From: Geosiphon pyriformis uo1
Lineage: Eukaryota > Fungi > Glomeromycota
Length of the DNA stretch: 64,000 bases
Assembly: GCA_016748015.1 (NCBI GenBank)
Contig: JAAOMT010000608.1
Span: 197,898 to 261,897 of the forward strand
Reading direction: 5' to 3'
Shown here: positions 1 through 14,109 of the stretch, in pieces
Numbering within the stretch: position 1 is the first letter of the stretch
Layout of the letters: every line of letters begins with the position of its first letter
Notes under the pieces: generated by a model
What the model was told of the DNA's origin: nothing
Seen by the model: only the letters and a program-made list of their open reading frames with translations
Database searches by the model: none
Made by a program: the position numbers and the translations under genes

Positions 1-434
1 TACTGCAATCCAATCTTCATTATAATGTTCGTCTTCTTAAAATCAACTGTTGAATCAAATGTATTCTCTATCTGTTTATTTGTTTATAGCTAACAAACTT
101 CGTTAGTCTAGGAAAGTTAATGATTAGCCATTTTTGGATTTAAAGCTTATTAAAACTAGGATGCACATGTGGCGTAAGGTGGATCAAGATTTTGACCAAT
201 AGTGCCTTAGCGTTTTGCATCATACTTTTTCTGGTGGTTCGAAGTAGAAAGGAAGCTCAAAAAGCGTTCAAAAATGAATATTTGAATCCTGAAATAATCG
301 CCTTGGAAAAAAGGTATAATTTATTTTTGGGATATCCCTATGTTAAACATATCTTGGCTAAAGAAAAAATTTCATTTTCCTTATTTGCTTTTTTTTTTCA
401 AGCTCCTTATGAGACTTTATCACTGCTTACATAA
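1..434 (+). CDS. 3' exons of a gene entering from the left edge; hydrophobic helix near the C-terminus
   Basis: Acceptor tag| near 160, exon reading ...WIKILTNSALAFCIILFLVVRSRKEAQK..., donor AAG|gtataa near 314, acceptor ttttcaag| near 402, stop TAA at 432-434. Confidence 0.4.
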
Positions 435-560
435 TTTCTAGGGAACAAAGATTTCCTTTTGATTTTTATACATGAGTTAAATCTTACAGTCTACGTATAT
501 ATTTATATATAAGCTTAATGGTTATGAAGAGAGACATATAACTCTAGAATTTCTTTTAAA

Positions 561-2077
561 CTAATAATCGAAATCCACGAAAATATTTCCAGCATTTGAA
601 TCAATGAAAAGACTTCCGTTTTTAGAGCTTGGGCCAGGTGTAATTACATGACCAGTAGACCAGTTTTTGTGATTCTTCTTTAAGGTTATATTTTTCAAAA
701 GATTAATATTGTCAATATAACCTGAATTGGTAGATAGATCGAAATCACCAGAAAATGTGCCGTTCTAATCAAATTAAATATATAGATTTTGATTCAAAAT
801 TCATCATTCATTTCGATTTTGAATCAGTCAAAAAAAAAACCGTGCCATTAAATAAATGATCCAAATTTACAAACCAATCTTAAAGATATGTCTCCATGAG
901 CACTCTTCAGTTCAATTTTTGGATATACGGCAGAAGGAGAAGTCAAGATATCAAGATTAATAGAACCCGATTTGGTATCTGCTAAAAAAATCCCAGTATG
1001 ATTTATCACGGTTCCATGAATTTTGCCGCCATCATTTGTTGAAAGTGATGCCGTTTTCGCTGAAAAATTCTTTACCGGAATTGAAAGTAAGCGTTTATTT
1101 CTCAGCAAAGTATTTACTTGAAATATGAGACAAATCATTCACCTTTAATTCAATATTACCATTCACGACACGGATATCTAATTCAGATTGTAAGTATGGC
1201 GTCTCATTTGGCAAGATAGTCACGTCAAATTCTTCAAAATTAAACAATAGTTTTGGTTCGGGGGCTTCATTTTGAGGTAGGTAAACGTAAATTTTTGCTT
1301 GAGCACACATTAAAGCGTCCCAGAATTCTCGTTTCCAAAATGACCAAACCGATTTTGTTTCAGTCTAATCAAAAAATCTACTAAACTGAGTGATCAAAGT
1401 TATGTTAATTCAGAAAGATTTAAAATATTTGAAAATACCAAAGTTAATAGTTTTGTTGTGCCAATCGAATTAAAATTATGGCTTGCCGCGTAGTCTTTGT
1501 ATGAATGAAAATGAACCACAATTGAAATGTTTGCGTTAGATGTTGAATTTTTTTGATTAAAGAATACTTCGCGTCTCTATTTTACCCGAAGGGAATATTC
1601 ATAAAAACAAAGATAATGAGTTTGTACAGCAAAAAAAAAAAGGAGAAAAGTTCTTTGATTTGATATACACCATCATCTACTTGCCACGAAGAGACCATTG
1701 GTGGTAACATTCAACTGCATAAATTTTGAAGGATCATATTCATAAAATAATGGCTCGGTTTCCTTGATTAAAAGTTTTTGACATCGTTCGTTATGATAAG
1801 CATTTGCGATAACAATCTGTTTACATATGTAATGTATATTTAAAATTAAGTAAACAGGAAAATATTGTTATTAGTTTTTGAACTTTCACTTACCATATAT
1901 AAAATATCTATAACGCTAAACAGTATTATTGTTAGTAACAAACAAAAAAATAGAGCAAAAGCCCATTTTTTTCCAGTCACCAAAAAAAATTTCAATGTTC
2001 CTCGAGTCTGATCTGATTAAAAATCATTAGTTTTAAGAATTCAAAGGAATGATAATTTTTTTAATTCTCTTTATATA

Positions 2078-2120
<43 letters not shown>

Positions 2121-2248
2121 GTACCTTCTTGCTGTTCCGCATGAGAAGTGGACCAAGGTGAAAACGTCGTGGCTGCATTTTGAATTGTTTCAGCGATATC
2201 ATACATTGAATCAATCTCACATTGTGATTCTTGTTTAAGATCGCGCAT
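561..2248 (-). CDS. Multi-exon single-pass membrane protein with a DUF4097/putative adhesin-like beta-repeat ectodomain
   Basis: Exons read MRDLKQESQ..., TM segment KKWAFALFFCLLLTIILFSVI, then CAQAKIYVYLP, LDIRVVNGNIEL, ASLSTNDGGKIHG, LADTKSGSINL, IELKSAHGDISL, LFIDSNAGNIFVDFDY*. The repeated x-T/S-x-x-G-x-I motifs are typical of this family. Confidence 0.65.
2078..2120. repeat. (TAT)n microsatellite in an intron
   Basis: Directly visible; produces the poly-Ile run in ORF 2033..2428. Confidence 0.9.
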
Positions 2249-3279
2249 TCTGAAAAATATCTTGAACTGTGGGCCAGGTAGAAAGTTTTTGAAAGAGATA
2301 TAGGTTAAATAAAAAATTTCCGTTAAATGCAGTGTTCCGAAAATAGTAAGGTACAAGTTTTTTGCCACAATTTTGCTTGGCCAACGGAGTGATGAAAATT
2401 TAATCCGAATTACCAAAAACGTTTTCACAAAGATACCTCATGCGTTTCTTTTTTAGGAAGCAGGTGAAACGTGAAATTAATAAATTATTGAAGCACTCTT
2501 GCATCTTTATTATCTCATGCGCCGCTTGGCTTTAATTTACACAATTAAGAAAATTAACACACATGAAAAGCAAAAGAATGTTCTGATTTCTAACTTTTTC
2601 AAGATAAAGGCAATATTTAGAAGGTTGATTTGGAATACGTGTCATATGTAAAATAAACATGGAAATTTTACACGAAAACATTGATGTGGTTCTTTGATAA
2701 ATATTTTTTGTCGAAAGTGTAAAATGAAGCGTAAAAAAACAAAGAGATTTGGATGAATAAAAAGAAGCATTCACTTTTCATTATTTATGGGCAATCTCTT
2801 AAAAAGCTTATACTTGCAGATAGCAAAAGCAGGGAACGTATCTTCGTGATCAATTCAAAACCTTAAAAGTAAGCTAGATCGACAATTTTATGGTGCACAA
2901 AGGGGGGATGCCTGAATTCATTTCTATCAATTAAAAACTTAACCACCAATGAAATTTCAGGCACAATTTTCTTAGCGTGAGATGCAGATAAATAGACATG
3001 GAGTCATTCTTTAAAATGCAGTATATGGATTACGTTATTTCACTGTCCAAATCAAGTTTTTTTATATTTTTCAAATAATAATTACTTTGAAGAGTGGGTC
3101 TAACTTTAAGTGTGGCTCAGATACTTGCTGCATGTAACCAGCCACCCGTATTATATATATTTAATCATGTAATTATATTTGATAATGGGTTTATTATACA
3201 CCTTGTTATCATATTTTTAATTTGATACTAAAAATATATTATGGAGTTATTTGCTAATATTTTGATTTTTGATTCAAAA

Positions 3280-3280
<1 letters not shown>

Positions 3281-3311
<31 letters not shown>

Positions 3312-3336
3312 GATAATAATAATAATAATAATAATA
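3281..3336. repeat. (AAT)n microsatellite, interrupted once
   Basis: Directly visible. Confidence 0.9.
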
Positions 3337-3782
3337 ACCAATTACTTTTTTTTATATATTTATCAAGTTATATATCAATTTTCAAAATTGGTTTTGAATC
3401 AATTTATATAACTGATTTAAAATAGAAAAAAAGAATTTGTTCTCAATTTCATTCTAAAAATATGCTTACATAGCAAAAACATGAGGATCTAATTAAATGA
3501 TTTCAATTTATTTATTTGATATCTTATGGAATAGATTTTCGAATTGATAAAAAATATTTTGAAGTCTTGATAGGTTAGGTTTGTTTAAAATCCCCAAAAT
3601 TTTTTATTGGTTAATTTTTAAAAATGGGGCTGTGGCTATTTTCAAGTTAATCAACTTTTTCATACAAAAAAGAACGCCTAATGATAATTACATCAAAGAT
3701 CACATATAATTGGATCAATTCTTTTTGAAAGTTAAAGATTTCATAATATTTAATAAAATTAATTTTCTTAATGAAATTATAT

Positions 3783-6700
3783 TTCTCAATAATTTCATAA
3801 CTTAAATTGTCTGAGTGAACTAAAAAGTAAATATTGATACTCACAAATAATTATCTTACCAAGCATATCTTCTTAGAATTTAAATTTTTTGACCAAATGT
3901 AGCAAGAAATTTTATTATTTTTTGCCAGTTTTTAAAATACTTCTTGTATTTATATATCTTTGCATTCCTTCCATTCCCGTTTTACAGTCCCCTATTGTAA
4001 TACCAAGATAAGAGCCTTTATGGGCTAAATTACTCTCAGCTTCTTTATATAACTGACCGCTGTTACAATTCTAGATAGGATATAAATAGGTAATAAGTTT
4101 TAAAAATTGAAAAAGTGGATCTGAATTTCAACTCATTAGAAAACTTCTTTAACTTTTACCGGATTTTCACCAGGGTCGCCAAATACCTCACATCGGTAAA
4201 TCGGTTCATAATCATCTGGATTAGGACAATCACATTCGCGAGAAGCAATCCAATGCTCAACATTTGAATGAACATATTGTTCGCCTTCTTTTGCAACTGG
4301 AAATTGTGGAACGTAATCATTGGTGTGGGTGACTCGAATGATACTACATTTTTCATTAACAAGTATTGCGAAATCTTTGTTCCCTATTCGAGGTTGCCCA
4401 AATGTATAAATTTCTGTTTGGTCACCGAATGTATCACTTAAATTATCATTTAGTGCTTCAAGCTCATAAAGACATCCTGCTAAAAGAGCATACGCTATAT
4501 TGAAATTAAATAAAGTTAATTTAAAATAGAGAATCTTAAATCCATGGATATATCTTTGAAAAAATTTGGAATTTGATAAGCTTACCGCCCCCTATTCCAT
4601 GTCCTGTAAATTTCACCTTTAAGATCTGTTTATATTTTTGTGTTCCTTGAGCCAGCATCAAACGCCTTGCCAGCGACACATATGTTGCGATTTTTTTAAA
4701 AAGCCCTCCCTCGTTTATCATTTTTTGAACATGTTCATACCATACCTTATCAACTAAAGAATTTTTTGATGGAGATTGGAATACAGCCCAGTTTACTTCT
4801 CTCTGTTTCCATTCGTTCAACGATAATTCTTTTCCACGGAAATATACAATAATTTCCCTATTTTCAATTGGAAGATATGTACTTACTTTTTTTATCAGAG
4901 TGGCAGCTAAAATAAAGTTGAATAAAGATAAATGGTAGAATTCCTCAAACTTTAAAATAGTTTCAACAAATTAGAGATATGTAAAAATACCTATCACATC
5001 TGGCTCATTTACAAACTGACCAACATTATTTATCTTCATTGAGCAATAAGGTAAATTTGCGAATTGAGCCATCTCTTTTATATTTTTGCGTGGGATAGCA
5101 TTTTTATGCATGGAATATTTAAAAGTTGTTTCAATAGTAGAACGAGATATTAGGACCTCCCGATCATTTTTGGCGTTTGTGTGATTTAATTGTGTTTGAT
5201 TTCGTTGAATTTCTGGTTGATAACTTTGTACTATGAATAATTAAGAACTTTCAAAAGTTAGGTGAGAACACTTTGATAGCTTAAGAGTTTTTAAATATTT
5301 ATGAGTTACTTTTTTTTATAGAATTTGGTATGTGCGGAAGCTCAATATATCGATTTTTCAGAAAAAATACATCGTAAAATGAAGCGAAAAGCCAAAAGAC
5401 ACCGATAATTGGGATAATTATTGTCAACCAAGTCTTTTGCGATTCTTTTATTGATGTATTAAGTATTTTCATCGGAAATTTCTTAGAAAGAGATGGTATC
5501 TAATCACTTTAGTGCTGATGAATTGATTTGGTATATTCACGAAAATTATAAAATGACCCTTTCAATTGTTGGAAATGTAAAATCCGAATGAATAAATCAG
5601 GAAAATTCAATACAAGTTTTTATTATCACAATCTTTAGGATAAACTGATTTTAAATGCTTATTGAAATAAGAAGATGTACATTTTTATCTGTCTAGAAAA
5701 TTTTAAATTGTATTCTGCCTTTGAATAAACCATGCAACAACCGGTTTCACCTTAGAGATCTCACAAGATCGATACTCTGGCAGATTCGGAACGCCGTTTC
5801 ATTTCCCAGGAATCTTGGTCTTACTAAAAAGTCTGATGGCATCGTAAATACCTGGAGCATATGATAAAGTGCGTCATGCGTACTTAAATTATTTTGTTCT
5901 ATATAGCATTTGTTTTTTATTTTAAAATAACTCATATCAAGTATTTTTATAATTAGATTAAGTTCTTTTATTTTCCAGAAAAGTAAGCTCATAAGGTGAT
6001 TATCTTTCAATATTAAACCCCCACTTTTCTTTATAAGGTAAAAATATCCAAATCTATTAGGCATAATAGTTATGTTTTCTAAAGATTAAATCATGTTTCT
6101 CGCCCAATATATGACAATTTTTTAGTAAGGTCACCAAAATTTATATTGCTTAAAAGCAAACAATAAATCAAATGATATTTTTTATTATGAAAATCTAACA
6201 CTTCATTTATCGACGAATTTTGAAAATCAGACTGTTTGCAAATAAAAATTTACTCAAGATTCTGATAATCAATATGAAGATTTCATTTATCAGAAATTCC
6301 CACGGAGCATAAATTTCTATTTATTGTTAGTTTTCGTTGAAATCAAAATGTATCCTAAAAAGAAACTTATACAATTTCGATTTTTAGGCATTATTTTTTA
6401 TTCATATTAATTTTTTACCACTTATAGCAATATGATAAAAAGATCCTTTCCGAGATTATTAAACGTGAGAAGATGTCTACAAATGATATAAACTAGCGAT
6501 TTTCTTGTGGGCAATAAAGTAGAAATAGATAAATAAAAGTTCACATGATTCAAGGGGAATAAATTCTCGGTATAATATCTCATCGCCTTAACTTAATGTA
6601 TCATTTGAATTTTGTCAAAACTAACTTCGATCAAAGCTGAATTGTTGATGGGAAAATGCTCATCCTAAATTTTCAGTTCCATTTGTTAATTCCCAGATCG

Positions 6701-7210
6701 ACATCATTTTATGACATCCGAAAATTACGGCTTTGTCAGAGTATTTTACCAATATTTATTTTACTCACAGAATTTTTGGAATTATTAATATTATTTATAT
6801 TTAATGTTGAAAATAAAAGGCTTTTTATTCTTTTATTGAAGAATACAAATCATCTGTTTACTTAAAATAAAAGTAAAAGAAAACTTAAAGTCATAAGTCA
6901 TAAGCCAGAAATCAATGATATTGAACAGTCATCTTTAATATTCAGATTATATTAAAGTTTTTGAAACACAAGTTTTTTATTTTTAAAAAAATCAAAAGTT
7001 ACATAAATTAATATATTAAGATTATATTTCTTAATAAATTATTATAACATTTGGATAATTATTTTTTTATGGCTGCATTTATGTATATATATGTAATTAG
7101 TTTCAAAAAGTTTGAAACAATATATTAACATGATAATAAAAATTAGATAATAAAATATTGAGATATATACTCAAAAAAATAGCTCACATAAATAAACAAC
7201 ATCAAGTTTA
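3783..7210 (-). repeat. Left arm of large inverted duplication (partner ~10410-14272)
   Basis: Reverse-complement matches throughout, e.g. 3790-3866 vs 14190-14270, 5160-5530 vs 12541-12890 region, 5850-6180 vs 11510-11850, 7010-7210 vs 10410-10670. Confidence 0.92.
3915..5472 (-). CDS. Class-3 lipase-like protein L1, nucleophile Ser replaced by Gly (FTGHGIGG); N-terminal signal-anchor; 5 exons
   Basis: MKILNTSIKESQKTWLTIIIPIIGVFWLFASF... / FANLPYC / YFRGK...KFTGHGIGG / YTFGQPRIGN...RVTHTNDYVPQFP...HWIASRECDC / NCNSG...AHKGSYLGITIGDC. Confidence 0.88.
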
Positions 7211-10200
7211 ATAGTAAAATGTTATTGTTTTATTTGTAATTCTATTAATTTTATTCTAATTGAGAACCAATTTTTTTTATCAAAAGTGGATAAATATTTG
7301 TTAGAAAGGAAAAAATTTATTAAAATATTTTGATAATTTGACTAAAATTAAAATAATTTTTTGTTGTTTTAAATCTGGGTTTTACATCTGTTTTGTATTA
7401 ATTATATTAACAAAAATAGTTGTTTGTAAACAACAGTGTTTTTTTAATTTGGAATAATAAAAAAATAATATATTTATTAAAATAGATACAGAATAATATT
7501 TGGCTGTATTGTTCAATAAAATTATTTTCAGTCTATTATTACTTATTAAAAAACAAAGCAAGTTATATTTTAAGACACTTTTTTCAATTAACAAAACAAT
7601 ATTATTTTAATTTTAAAAAATATATTAAGCTGTTTTGTGTAAAAATTATATTTAAAGATTTTAAATACTGTTATTTGTCAATTTATTTATTTATTTTTAT
7701 TATACATAAAATTGTTAAATCTGCTGTAATTACAAAATCAATTTTTTTGTTGTATTTTGTATGTTTTATTGGCACACTTTTTAAGAACACCAAGAATTTT
7801 TAAAAATAGTTATTAAAATTATGCTGTTATGTTATTATTTAGTTTAAAAACTTAGTATTTGGTAATATAGCTCTAATTTTTGGGTGTATAACTTATAAAA
7901 TTAGCAATATAATTGACATTAAATATGTTTTATTTTCTGGCTTTTAGGCTTATATTATAATTAAAAATATGTAATTGTAACATTTAAAACTTATAAGCCT
8001 AGTCACGTGTAGGAAAAGCATGATTCACATCTAGTTTAAATCACTTAGTTTAATGTATTTTACTAGGTAGTGTTTGGACCTCATTTATTAAACGTAATAA
8101 AAAAAACTTATAAAGCTTTCAATACTACAGATATTAAACTTAATATTTCAAAAAAACCAAATTTATTGCAAAATTTCTGTTTTTTAGTATTATTATAAGT
8201 ATTAAAATACAAATTACTTGGCTTAAATCTGTAAAATTGTTGTTACTAGTTAAATTTAAGCCAAAAATTGACATAAATTATTTTTACTTTTTATCATTGA
8301 CTTATTGTATATTATTATTATTTATTTAGTATTTATCCAATTATTACTTATTTAAAGTGTTTATAATTTTTATTTTATTTAATATCTGATTTATACAATA
8401 CAACAAAGTAACTAAATATTTATAAATAAATTATACATTAAAACAAAATATGTAATATTAAAAAGTTTGCCAAAATGGAAATAGTTTAAGCAAATTTAAA
8501 AGGTTGTTAAAATTTTGTAAAAATAACAATATTTAGAATGTATAAAAATAGCTTGAATTTTCAATATTTAAAATAAATACAATCAAGAAAAACTAAAAAA
8601 AATTATATTTATTTTATTACATTATAAATTAATTAATGACTTCCAACTTTATTAGAATAGATTTTAATATTTAAAGCTTAAAAACATTTTGTTAAAACCA
8701 CATAAATTTATTATTAATTACAAAATTAATTTTTTTTTTTTTGAAATTAGTCTAAAGTTGTATTGTAAATCAAAAAATACTTAATAAAAAACCTAAACAA
8801 ATTATCTCAAGATTAATTTGACATTGGATATTACACAAATTATAACTTGAAAATTTAAAAAATTTAAACTGGCTGTAATTTTTTAAAAAGTGCTTTTTGT
8901 TAATAATTAAGAAATTAATTTCATTTTTTAGATTTATATACTGTTTATATAAAAAACCACTTGTATTTAAAAAAATTCTAATAAACTTATTGCCTTAATT
9001 TCTAACTTAATATTTATTTAATTTTTAATCATTTTAGTTGATTATATAATTATTTTAAAATAAATCTTTAATATAATTAATTAAGATTCAATATTTTATG
9101 CTTTAGTTAAAAATTTAATAATAAAATAGTTTTGATTAATAAATCAATAACTAAAAAGATTATAAAGAATATTTAATTATTTTTATTTGACTTTTTTGAT
9201 ATTCAAGTTCTTCAAACTTTTTATATTAATTTTAATTAATAAAAATTATGATAATAATTATAATAAAAATAAAAATAATAATAATAATAAACTTTTAATT
9301 AATTTTATCATATTAAATAAAGTAAAGAGTATTTGATTTATTTTATTATGTATTTTTTTTTCAATTTGTTAAACCTATTAATATAAAAAATATTTTTATA
9401 TTTTGGAGCTCTGTCTTTTTAAATTATTTAAACAATTATGGTTTTTTTGAAGTTTTAAACTTGGTAAGTTGTTAGTATTTAATAAATTTATGTTTCTGGT
9501 AATTAAAAATTGTTTAAATATAACAAATATAAGCCTAAAAAGATTAAACTTTTTGATTTTTTTAAATCTTTTTGTATATTTAATAATTAAATACAAAATT
9601 GAATAATCGAAAATTAAAAAGTCTTTATTTAATATTATTAGTTGACAGAAATATATCATTATATAATAATTCTAAAAAAAACCATTATTTTACTCTTGAT
9701 TAGTTTTAAAAATAAAAAATGTATTTAATAAATTAATATCAAGCACTTATTAAAATATTTGTAAAAGAAATATTTAAACAAAACACTTATATAAACAGCT
9801 GTAAAAAATGTTAATTCAGCATTTAATAATAATATTATTATCAAATATTTGTTTTAAAAAAACTAGCGAATTTCTTTAAAGAATTTAAAATAGTTATTTA
9901 TTTTAAAAAATTATAAAATTCAAAAAATGTAGAAAACAAACAGCGTATTTTTCCAATTTTACAAGAAATTGGTTTAAAAACAGTAGCAGTTTTGAAGTTT
10001 TTAAAAAACACAAAACTGTTGCTTTAAAGCATGCCCAAAAAAAACTTTATTTTGAAATTTTAAAATGATTTATGTTACTATAACTAAAAAGTGGTAATAA
10101 TAACAGTTGTTGCAAAGATTGTCTTTTTTTTGACTAAAAGGTTTTCTTGGTCAAATTTTTTAACAAAGTTCAAATATTTTAATGATAAACTTTTATCAAA

Positions 10201-10410
10201 TTTTTTACTTTCTTTAGTGTTTTTAAAACAACAAAAAATTATTTTTAATCAATTTTTTTATTATTTTAATAGAAAAATTTAAATTAAAACTTATAAAATA
10301 AAAATTAATTTTTAAAATTAAATAAATAATTGAAAATATTTTTTAATAAAAAAATATAATTTTTCAATTAAAATTATTATAATTACAAATAAAAGAATGC
10401 TATTTTTACC
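7210..10410. other. Extremely AT-rich spacer of the inverted repeat, probably decayed repeat DNA
   Basis: Almost no CpG and no credible ORF; ~8190-8520 is a diverged reverse-complement match to ~14960-15290. Confidence 0.5.
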
Positions 10411-12520
10411 TTTAAATTTGCTGTTGATTATTTATGTTAGCTATGGTTTTAAGTATATATCTCAATATTTACAATTGATTTTATTAAATAAATCAGTTAT
10501 TTAATACTATTTATAAAATTAATTATTAATTTAAGTATTTATATAATTTTTATTATCATGTTAATATATTGTATCAAACTTTTTGAATCTGATATATATA
10601 ATCAACCATAAAAAAATAATTATCCAAATTGCTATGACGATTTATTAAGAAAATATAATCTTAATATATCATTTTATAAAATAAGATTCAGTGCTATTTA
10701 TACATTTTAAAAAAATTTAATAAATAAATGACTCATGGGTTAATAAGATTTTTCTTATTTTGGTTTATTTCTTGACTGGTAATAAATGTAGTTTTTGATC
10801 TTTTAAAATAAAAACTTATATTTCAAAAATTTTAATATAATTTGAATATTAAAGATGACTTATGACTTTAAGTTTTTATTCAATTTTTATTTTAAGTAAA
10901 CAGATGACTTGTATTCTTCAATAAAAGAATAAAAAGTCTTTATTCTCAACATTAAATGTAAATAATATTAATAATTCCATTAATTCTGTGATTAAATAAT
11001 TTTCGGATGTCAAAAAAAGATGTCAATCTGGGAATTAACAAACGGAACATGAAATTTATGATGGGCATTTCCCAATGATAGAAATTATTCCCCTTGAATC
11101 ATGTGAACTTTTATTTATCTATTTCTCCTATATTGTCCACAAGAAAATCGGTAATGTATATTATTTGAAGACATCTTCTCACGTTTAATAATCTTATTTA
11201 AACTCGGAAAGAATCTTCTTATCATATTGCTATAAGTGGTAAAAAATTAATATGAATAAAAAATAATGCTTAAAAATCGAAATTGTAAAAATACAACGGT
11301 AATAAAACTTAAGTTTCCTTTTAGGATACATTTTGATTTCAACGAAAACTAACAATAAATAGTAATTTATGCTCCGTGGGAATTTCTGATAAATTGAAAT
11401 CTTCATATTGATTATCAGCATCACAGAATCTTGAGTAAATTTTTATTTGCAAACAGTCTACTCGTGTGATTTTCAAAATTCGCCAATAAATGAAATGTTA
11501 GATTTCATAATAAAAAATATCATTTGATTCATTGTTTGCTTTTAAGCAATATAAATTTTGGTGACCTTACTAAAAAATTGTCATATATTGGGCGAGAAAC
11601 ATGATTTAATCTTTAGAAAACATTATTATTAGGCCTAATAGATTTGGATATTTTTACCTTATAAAGAAAAGTGGGGGTTTAATATTGAAAAATAATCACC
11701 TTATGAGCTTACTTTTCTGGAAAATAAAAGAACTTAATCTAATTATAAAAATACTTGATATGAGTTATTTTAAAATAAAAAACAAATGCTATATAGAACA
11801 AAATAATTTAAGTACGCATGACGCACTTTATCATATGCTCCAGGTATTTACGATGCCATCAAACTTTTTAGTAAGAAGATTTCTGGGTGCTCCGAATCTT
11901 TCAGAGTATGAATTTTGTGAGATCTTTAAGATGAAACCAGTTTTTGCGTGTTTTATGCAAAGGCAGAATAAAATTAAAAATAGAATCCGGAAAGAACTAA
12001 AATTTTTTAGGCTGATAAAAACGTACATCTTCTTATTTCAATAAGCATTTAAAATCAGTTTATCCTAAAGATTGTGATAATAAAAATTTTTATCGAATTT
12101 TCCTCATTTATTCACATTCCCAACAAGTGAAAAGGGTCATTTTATAATTTTCGTGAATATACCAAATCAATTCATCAGCACTAAAGTGATTAGATTCCAT
12201 CTCTTTCTAAGAAATTTCCGATGAAAATACTTAATACATCAATAAAAGAATCGCAAAAGACTTGGTTGACAATAATTATCCCAATTATCGGTGTCTTTTG
12301 GCTTTTCGCTTCATTTTACGATGTATTTTTTCTGAAAAATCGATATATTGAGCTTCCGCACATACCAAATTCTATAAAAAAAAGTAACTCATAAATATTT
12401 AAAAACTCTTAAGCTATCAAAGTGTTCTCACCTAACTTTTGAAAGTTCTTGATTATTCATAGTACAAAGTTATCAACCAGAAATTCAACGAAATCAAACA
12501 CAATTAAATCACACAAACGC

Positions 12521-12540
12521 NNNNNNNNNNNNNNNNNNNN
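12521..12540. other. Assembly gap with directly duplicated flanks (12197-12520 = 12541-12864)
   Basis: 20 N. The 324 bp before the gap recur immediately after it, while the inverted partner arm has only one copy. Confidence 0.9.
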
Positions 12541-12564
12541 CCATCTCTTTCTAAGAAATTTCCG

Positions 12565-14109
12565 ATGAAAATACTTAATACATCAATAAAAGAATCGCAA
12601 AAGACTTGGTTGACAATAATTATCCCAATTATCGGTGTCTTTTGGCTTTTCGCTTCATTTTACGATGTATTTTTTCTGAAAAATCGATATATTGAGCTTC
12701 CGCACATACCAAATTCTATAAAAAAAAGTAACTCATAAATATTTAAAAACTCTTAAGCTATCAAAGTGTTCTCACCTAACTTTTGAAAGTTCTTGATTAT
12801 TCATAGTACAAAGTTATCAACCAGAAATTCAACGAAATCAAACACAATTAAATCACACAAACGCCAAAAATGATCGAGAGGTCCTAATATCTCGTTCTAC
12901 TATTGAAACAACTTTTAAATATTCCATGCATAAAAATGCTATCCCACGCAAAAATATAAAAGAGATGGCTCAATTTGCAAATTTACCCTATTGCTTACCG
13001 ACGATGAATAATGTTGATCAGTTTGTAAATGTGCCAGATGTGATAGGTATTTTTACATATCTCTAATTTGTTGAAACTATTTTAAAGTTTGAAGAATTCT
13101 ACCATTTTAGCTTTATTCATCTTTATATTAGTCGACTTTCTGATGAAAAAAGTAAGTCCATTTCCTCCAATTGAAAATCGGGAAATTATTGTATATTTCC
13201 GTGGAAAAGAATTATCGTTGAACGAATGGAAACAGAGAGAAGTAAACTGGGCTGTATTCCAATTTCCAAATGTTTCTTCAATACCATCAAAAAATCCTTT
13301 AGTTGATAAAGTATGGTATGAACATGCTCAAAAAATGATAAACGAGGGACAGCTTTTTAAAAAAATCGCAAGGCTTGTGGTGTTGGCTCGAGAAAAACAA
13401 GTTGAAAATCATATTCAGATCCTAAAGGTGAAATTTACAGGACATGGAATAGGGGGCGGTAAGCTTATCAAAATTCCAAATTTTTTCGTAGATGCATCTA
13501 TGGATTTAAGATTCTCTATTTTAAATTAATTTTATTTATTCTCAATATAGCGTATGCCGTTTTAGCAGGGTGTCTTTATGAACTTGAAGCACTAAAGGAT
13601 AGTTTAAGTGATAATCGTGATAGAATGAAGCTATTCAGTGACCAAATAGAAATTTATTCATTTGGGCAACCTAGAATAGGGAACAAAAATTTTGCAAAAC
13701 TTGTTAATGAAAAATGTAGTATCGTTCGAGTTACCCACACCAATGATTACGTTCCACAATTTCCAGTTGCAAAAGAAGGCGAACAATATGTTCATTCAAA
13801 TGTTGAGCATTGGATTGCTTCTCGCGAATGTGATTGTCCTAATCCAGATGAATATAAACCGATTTACCGATGTGAGGTATTTGGCGACCCTGGTGAAAAT
13901 CCGGTAAAAGTTAAAGAAGTTTTCTAATGATTTGAAATTCAGATCCACTTGTTCAATTTTTAAAAATTATTACCGATTTATATCCTATCTAGAATTGTAA
14001 CAGCGGTCAGTTATATAAAGAAGCTGAGAGTTATTTGGCCCACAAAGGCCCTTATCTTGGTATTACAATAGGGGATTGTAAAACGGGAATGGAAGGAATG
14101 CAAAGATAA
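12565..14109 (+). CDS. Class-3 lipase-like protein L2, Ser->Gly (FTGHGIGG); inverted paralog of L1; 5 exons
   Basis: ATG at 12565 (also at 12221 in the duplicated flank). FANLPYC; FTGHGIGG then intron; YSFGQPRIGN, THTNDYVPQFP, CDC; last exon NCNSGQLYKEAESYLAHKGPYLGITIGDCKTGMEGMQR*. Confidence 0.9.

Noticed and set aside
2033-2428. ORF with a poly-Ile 'transmembrane' run
   Set aside because: The run is an intronic (TAT)n microsatellite read through past a GT donor.
7382-10282. I/K/N/F/L-rich ORFs in the AT-rich spacer
   Set aside because: Expected by chance at this base composition.
5747-12044. Twin ORFs 5747..6064 (-) and 11685..12044 (+)
   Set aside because: They match only because they lie in the inverted arms; starts and ends differ and the composition is AT-noise-like.
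12197-12864. Apparent 324-bp tandem duplication of the L2 5' end
   Set aside because: The copies look identical, abut an N gap, and the inverted partner arm has one copy; most likely an unmerged contig overlap.
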